The notes below the pieces were generated by a model. The model ran no database searches. It worked only from the letters and a program-made list of their open reading frames with translations, and was not told where the DNA came from. Below are positions 59,625 through 64,000 of a stretch of 64,000 nucleotides of DNA, in pieces (the stretch's first letter is position 1; every line of letters begins with the position of its first letter). The stretch lies in assembly GCA_050951605.1 (NCBI GenBank), contig JBMNJJ010000003.1, positions 4,510 to 68,509 on the forward strand, in the 5' to 3' direction. A program made the translations under genes and the position numbers. This DNA is from Peptococcia bacterium (lineage in GTDB: Bacteria > Bacillota > Peptococcia > DRI-13 > DTU073).

Positions 59625-59701
59625 AGTAGCAACCTCCTTTATTTCAATTTCGTAAAGTTAACTTTGATATTTCTTAATAAATACAATCATTAACGACATC
59701 G

Positions 59702-60846
59702 TCACTTATCTGATAAGTATTCTATGACGTTTCTCATTGCATCCGATATATCACAGTGGCTTTCTGCAAAACCTCTTATACTTTTAATTACCTTTTCTTT
59801 GTTTTCTGGGCTTGAATATATACTATCATAAAATTTAATTACCTTATTCATATCAATAGGAGTTTCGTCATTAGTAAATTCAAGATAATATTTAAAATCT
59901 TTATTGTTCTTAAACACATCAACCGAACACCCAGAAATAACTGGTAGCCCCTTAGCTAAATATTCTCTGCTTTTTAATGAATCAACAATAAATAAGTTTT
60001 TTTCTATATAAACCCTAAACACGTCTAAGCCTATATCCATTTTGTTATAAATACAATCCAATTCATTACCTGTCTTCATTCCATAAAAAATCACATTATC
60101 GTGTAATTTTAGATCATCAACAATTCTTCTATAATTATCTAGTTCATATCCTTTTCCAATCATATGTAACTTAATTTTGCGGGTTCCTCCTAATTTATAA
60201 TAGTTGCTTATACCATGGATTACCCTTTCATAACCATGCCACTTTGCAAACATTGCAATAGCACATAAATCAATAGTACTATCTTCAACAACTACTTTTG
60301 GTGTAATTGATTCTAAATCTACACCATTATATAACCTTAATACGGGTATTCCAAACACTTCATTAATTTCTTCGCCAGATATAAGCGCGATTCTATCAAC
60401 AAGACCTTTCAATCTTTGTCTATTGAACTTATCTTTCCATGAGATAGGATAATCTTCCCACCTCATTTGCAACTCTTTATCATAAGGATAGGTTGGTATT
60501 TTCTATTATTATTTTTATATTTGGATTTCTTAGCTTTATCCTCTTTAAAACTTTTATCATATGTATTGTAATACATTGAGGTCTCCTAAAATACAAAAAA
60601 TTTACATCCTCAAAATTTGCGATATATTCCCACTTCGGATATAGATTGCTATAAGGTAATCTATATTTAATCTTATTTAATAAAGATCTTTTTTTTTCAT
60701 TATTCGCTGAACCACTTTCTAATATAATTAGCTCACAGCTAAGATTAACCGAGTTGAAAAACCTTAATTTGTGATAAAACTTTTCTATCTTTCCCTGATG
60801 TTTTATTTTTACAAATATTTGAATAATATATATATAAGCCTTTCAT
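59702..60846 (-). pseudogene. Glycosyltransferase (GT-B, family 1/4-like), two frameshifts in the 5' third
   Basis: ATG 60846 behind GGGAGG gives MKGLYIYYSNICKNKTSGKDRKVLSQIKVFQLG-stop. Later frames continue NLSCELIILESG... and ...PTYPYDKELQMRWEDYP into ORF 59702-60472. 1145 nt = 3x381+2. Confidence 0.7.
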
Positions 60847-60958
60847 AACTTCCTCCCAATTAATTAAAATCTTTAAAGTTTACTTTTTCTAGCTATACTC
60901 TTTTTTATTTTCATACTTTCCCCAATACCTACACTCGCTATAAACCACCATAAAAAAG

Positions 60959-62178
60959 TCAAATGATTCTCGAAAAGAAATTTGGCTCTACCATTCCAAA
61001 TATAAGACCAGTGAGTAATGCATATTTGGCGGGTATCAATTTCGTTTCCCTTTTACTAAATTTATGTATTTTTAACATCGCATACATAATTGCACTAAAA
61101 TAAAAAATAGTCCCCACAATACCTTTAGAAATCAAACAATCTAATATCCAATTATGTGTCCTCGTTTCAACACCATTATAAAAAAGAAATCCATTATACC
61201 CAAAAATGGGGTTTTCCGAGATTGCTTGAGTAGCTAATTGATATATGATGTCTCTCCCCGCAAATAACCTTGTATAATTTTCATCTATCAAATATTGCAA
61301 TTTCATTGCAAACTTTGCAATGATGCTATAAAAAATAACTTTCCTGATGTATTAGTTTTAAAAATCCACCCATCAACTATAGATAATACTAAAAAAAATA
61401 AAAACACTAATAAAATAATATTTAATATTTTTATCTTTTTACTTATGTTTTTTTCAAAGATACCAATTAAAAATAGCAAAATTAAAAGAGAAACAATGGC
61501 ACCAAATGAAACAGTAAAGATAACCGCTAAAAATGTCACCCCCACAATCACATAATCTGCTTTCTTAAAATGCAATTTTCCACTTAAAATGAGATATATA
61601 AAACAGACAATCAAGTGAGCTGCAATATAATTTGAACCACCAATAGAGACCCTTTTAAAAGACCTTTGGAAATTGTTCCATTAGAAATAAATAAATCTAT
61701 AGCAACAAAAATAGTTTGTAAAGAAAGCCATAGAGCATAAATAGCAACAAACCTCTTTATATATCTGAACCCATCAGTTTTTTGATGTTAACGCTATTGC
61801 TAAAATACAAATTAAACATGGCGTTATAGCTAGAAATAATGAAGAAAGCGCAATTTCTACTGCTCTTCTATTAATAATTGCAGTTATAAATGCCGAAAGA
61901 AAATAAAAAATCTGTATTAAAAATAAATTTTTTTCAACAAAAATGTTTGTTCGAAATAGTGATAAAAAACCAACCATCATTATAAAGGTAGAAATTAGAG
62001 CTACAAGAGACGTTGCTGATGTAAAAAAATATAAATAGCCAGCTGATATATTTCCTATTCCTAAATTTAATATCATTAATAAATAAAATAAAGTTTTTAA
62101 ACCAATTCCTTTTCCCTTTATTTGCTGATTTATATCCTTATCTTTAAAATTTATATCTCTATCAAGACTAGATTCCAT
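60959..62178 (-). pseudogene. Wzy-type O-antigen polymerase / O-antigen-ligase-like membrane protein, at least three frameshifts
   Basis: Three hydrophobic ORFs (61774-62190, 61303-61614, 60959-61306) plus a hydrophobic bridge in another frame. The last piece has ENPIFGYNGF...THNWILDCLISKGIVG, typical of the Wzy_C loop. Confidence 0.65.
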
Positions 62179-62179
62179 T

Positions 62180-63120
62180 TTAGTCTCCACCTAACATATT
62201 AGTGCTTTTCTTAGTAATATATTTATATTCTCTTACAAGAGCTCTCAACTTTGACAAATAATCAGGATTATTAATTGATTTTAAAATAAATGCGCCGAAA
62301 TTAATAATTGACACGATTAGCTGCTCAAGCTTATTAATATTAGCATACTGAACTAGTGTATAATATGCACTAACATATCGATAATAATCATTAAATGGAG
62401 AGGGTTTTTTGCCTATAAGCGTAGAACCTTTATGAATAACTTTTGAATCCACACAAACCCCAGCTTTTTGTCCCATTCTCATTAATTTAATTCCAATGAT
62501 ATCTTCTTCTCCAAATAAAAAAGTATTCTCATCAAATCCTCGCATTTTTTCTATCGTTTCTTTTTTTATAGCAAAACAACAACCACTCACCATGCCTTCA
62601 AAAACAAAATCTCTAGAATAATCGTATTGTGCATATAGATAGTCCTTTTGAGTTTTTCTCATTAAATATAAAAAAGGCTTTTTTTATTGAAAGATATCTT
62701 TTAAACGATAGCGGTTTTCGTGTATATTTCTGTAGAATATAGGTCTTCGTTTAACACCTTAGGTCCTACAACTCCTAGACTCTTTTCTAGATTCTAACAT
62801 AGCTATTAATCTATCAATCGCTTTGTTGTAAAATATAACATCGGGGTTTGATATCACAATATATTCACATCCCGTATCAAGCGCCTTCTTTATTCCTGCG
62901 TTATTTCCTGCAGCGTAACCTCTGTTTTTTTCCATTGTTATAATAAAGATATTTTCTTTTATTTTGCAAAATACTTTGATAAATGTTCTGCCGAACAGTT
63001 TGTTGATTTATTATCAACTATAAATATTGAATATTCTATTTTGGTAGTTGATAATATACTTTCAACACATTCGATTGTCTCCCTCCAATTTATATAGTTA
63101 AGGATAACTACTCCTACCAT
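62180..63120 (-). pseudogene. Family 2 glycosyltransferase, about four frameshifts
   Basis: MVGVVILNYINWRETIECVESIL...IFIVDNKSTN, then NRGYAAGNNAGIKKAL...YIVISNPDV, then GVVGPKVLN, then ORF 62180-62662 (SGCCFAIKKETIEKMRGFDENTFLFGEEDI). Together they form a complete GT2 in shifting frames. Confidence 0.75.
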
Positions 63121-64000
63121 TTTTGCACCTCGTTTTTATCTACAATATCATTGTAACGATTTACTGTATAACTATACAACTTTATCATACTATTTACATT
63201 ATCTTGCCAGTTATATAATTTCTCAACACGAGTTCGACTTATCTTACTATAATAGTCTCTCAATTTATTATTTCCAATTAACTCTAGTATAGCCTTTGCT
63301 AAACTCTCTACATTTCCTCTTGGGACAATAATTCCATATTTCCCATTATCCAGCACTTCTCTAAAGCCTTCTGCATCAGTAGCCACTATTGGTACTCCCA
63401 TTGCCATCGCTTCTACAGCGGATACTCCAAAACTTTCACTATAACTTGCTAGTACATACAAATCTAGAGTTTCTAAAACTTCAGGCACTTTTATATTTGG
63501 AATATCTCCTAATAATCTTACATGATTTACTAATTTTAATTTATTAATTAACTTTAACAAGTCCTCTTGTTGCGGACCATCACCATATATATCTAACGAA
63601 ATATCATAAATATTATCTATCTGCTTATATCCATCAATAACTATGGCAAAAGCGCGAATGAGAAGATCTATTCCATAATTAGGTTTTAGTCTTTTAACAA
63701 TCCCTATTCTAATTTTCCCATTATGTTTTGATGAATAAGGTTTATTTCGTTTAAATAAAGACAAATCAACTCCAAAAGGAACAATGGTAATTTGGTTGTC
63801 ATAACATTCGCTAATTCTTTTTATTTGTTCTGCCATTATATTGCTTGTAGAAGAGATCTGATCAGCATATCTAATGTTTTTATTAATCAACCGCATATTA
63901 TATTTATTTCTATATGGGAATTCATAAACATCACTTCCCCAAATTGAAAGAAGCGCGGGACGATAATTACATAATCGCATCAATGTTCCATATCCACTTG
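63114..64000 (-). CDS. Glycosyltransferase family 1 (GT4-type), 5' end beyond the window
   Basis: The frame is open to the window edge. Contains GVSAVEAMAMGVPIVATDAEGFREV (EX7E region). Its stop overlaps the GT2 start (ATGGTAG). Confidence 0.8.
   Translation of the reverse strand, partial: SGYGTLMRLCNYRPALLSIWGSDVYEFPYRNKYNMRLINKNIRYADQISSTSNIMAEQIKRISECYDNQITIVPFGVDLSLFKRNKPYSSKHNGKIRIGIVKRLKPNYGIDLLIRAFAIVIDGYKQIDNIYDISLDIYGDGPQQEDLLKLINKLKLVNHVRLLGDIPNIKVPEVLETLDLYVLASYSESFGVSAVEAMAMGVPIVATDAEGFREVLDNGKYGIIVPRGNVESLAKAILELIGNNKLRDYYSKISRTRVEKLYNWQDNVNSMIKLYSYTVNRYNDIVDKNEVQKW

Noticed and set aside
56230-63120. Phase variation by slipped-strand mispairing at homopolymer tracts in surface-glycan genes
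   Set aside because: Phase-variable loci usually switch one or a few genes through one long tract. Here 17 or more sites are off simultaneously. Many are in runs of only 2-4 nt and some are not in runs at all.
1-64000. Scan for CRISPR arrays, tRNA, rRNA and prophage integrase
   Set aside because: I saw no short regularly spaced direct repeats, no cloverleaf-like or rRNA-like conserved stretches, and no integrase or recombinase ORF. The absence is by eye only and should be confirmed with tRNAscan-SE, barrnap or Infernal, and a CRISPR finder.

Overview
Low-GC Firmicute (Clostridia-like) chromosomal segment; I cannot name the species. Apart from cls, every gene I call is on the minus strand.

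Layout, left to right:
1. A base-perfect 219-bp tandem duplication (2.1 copies) full of hairpins and terminators, directly 3' of codY.
2. codY, then a complete Tad/Flp pilus locus: flp pilin, prepilin peptidase, tadE-like, tadG-like, cpaB, REC-cpaE/tadZ fusion, cpaF, tadB, tadC, DUF192. The locus is headed by degS-degU. degU carries a single-base frameshift, and a triple TAGTCCTA palindromic motif sits between degU and flp.
3. An orphan carboxyltransferase, an MFP-RND-TetR efflux operon and cardiolipin synthase.
4. A cell-envelope block: SH3 protein, tagO, fabZ, murJ, csaB, a large membrane protein and two tandem paralogous membrane-anchored FAD oxidoreductases.
5. A ~19-kb surface-polysaccharide locus (capD, second MurJ/Wzx-type flippase, galU, ugd, priming sugar transferase, Wzy/ligase-TPR fusion, uxs, galE). 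Its right part is a visibly AT-richer cassette: bi-domain oxidoreductase, heparinase II/III-like protein, wecC-like dehydrogenase, GT4.
6. Three secreted or adhesin-like proteins, a decayed ISLre2/UPF0236-type IS, and a Doc toxin-antitoxin module.
7. A second AT-rich polysaccharide block (rmlA-C-B-D, a GT, a wzy-like polymerase, a GT2) carrying at least 17 single-base frameshifts in about 6.9 kb. An intact GT follows and runs off the right edge.

I saw no rRNA, tRNA or CRISPR array. All function calls rest on reading the supplied translations for family motifs. No database search was run.
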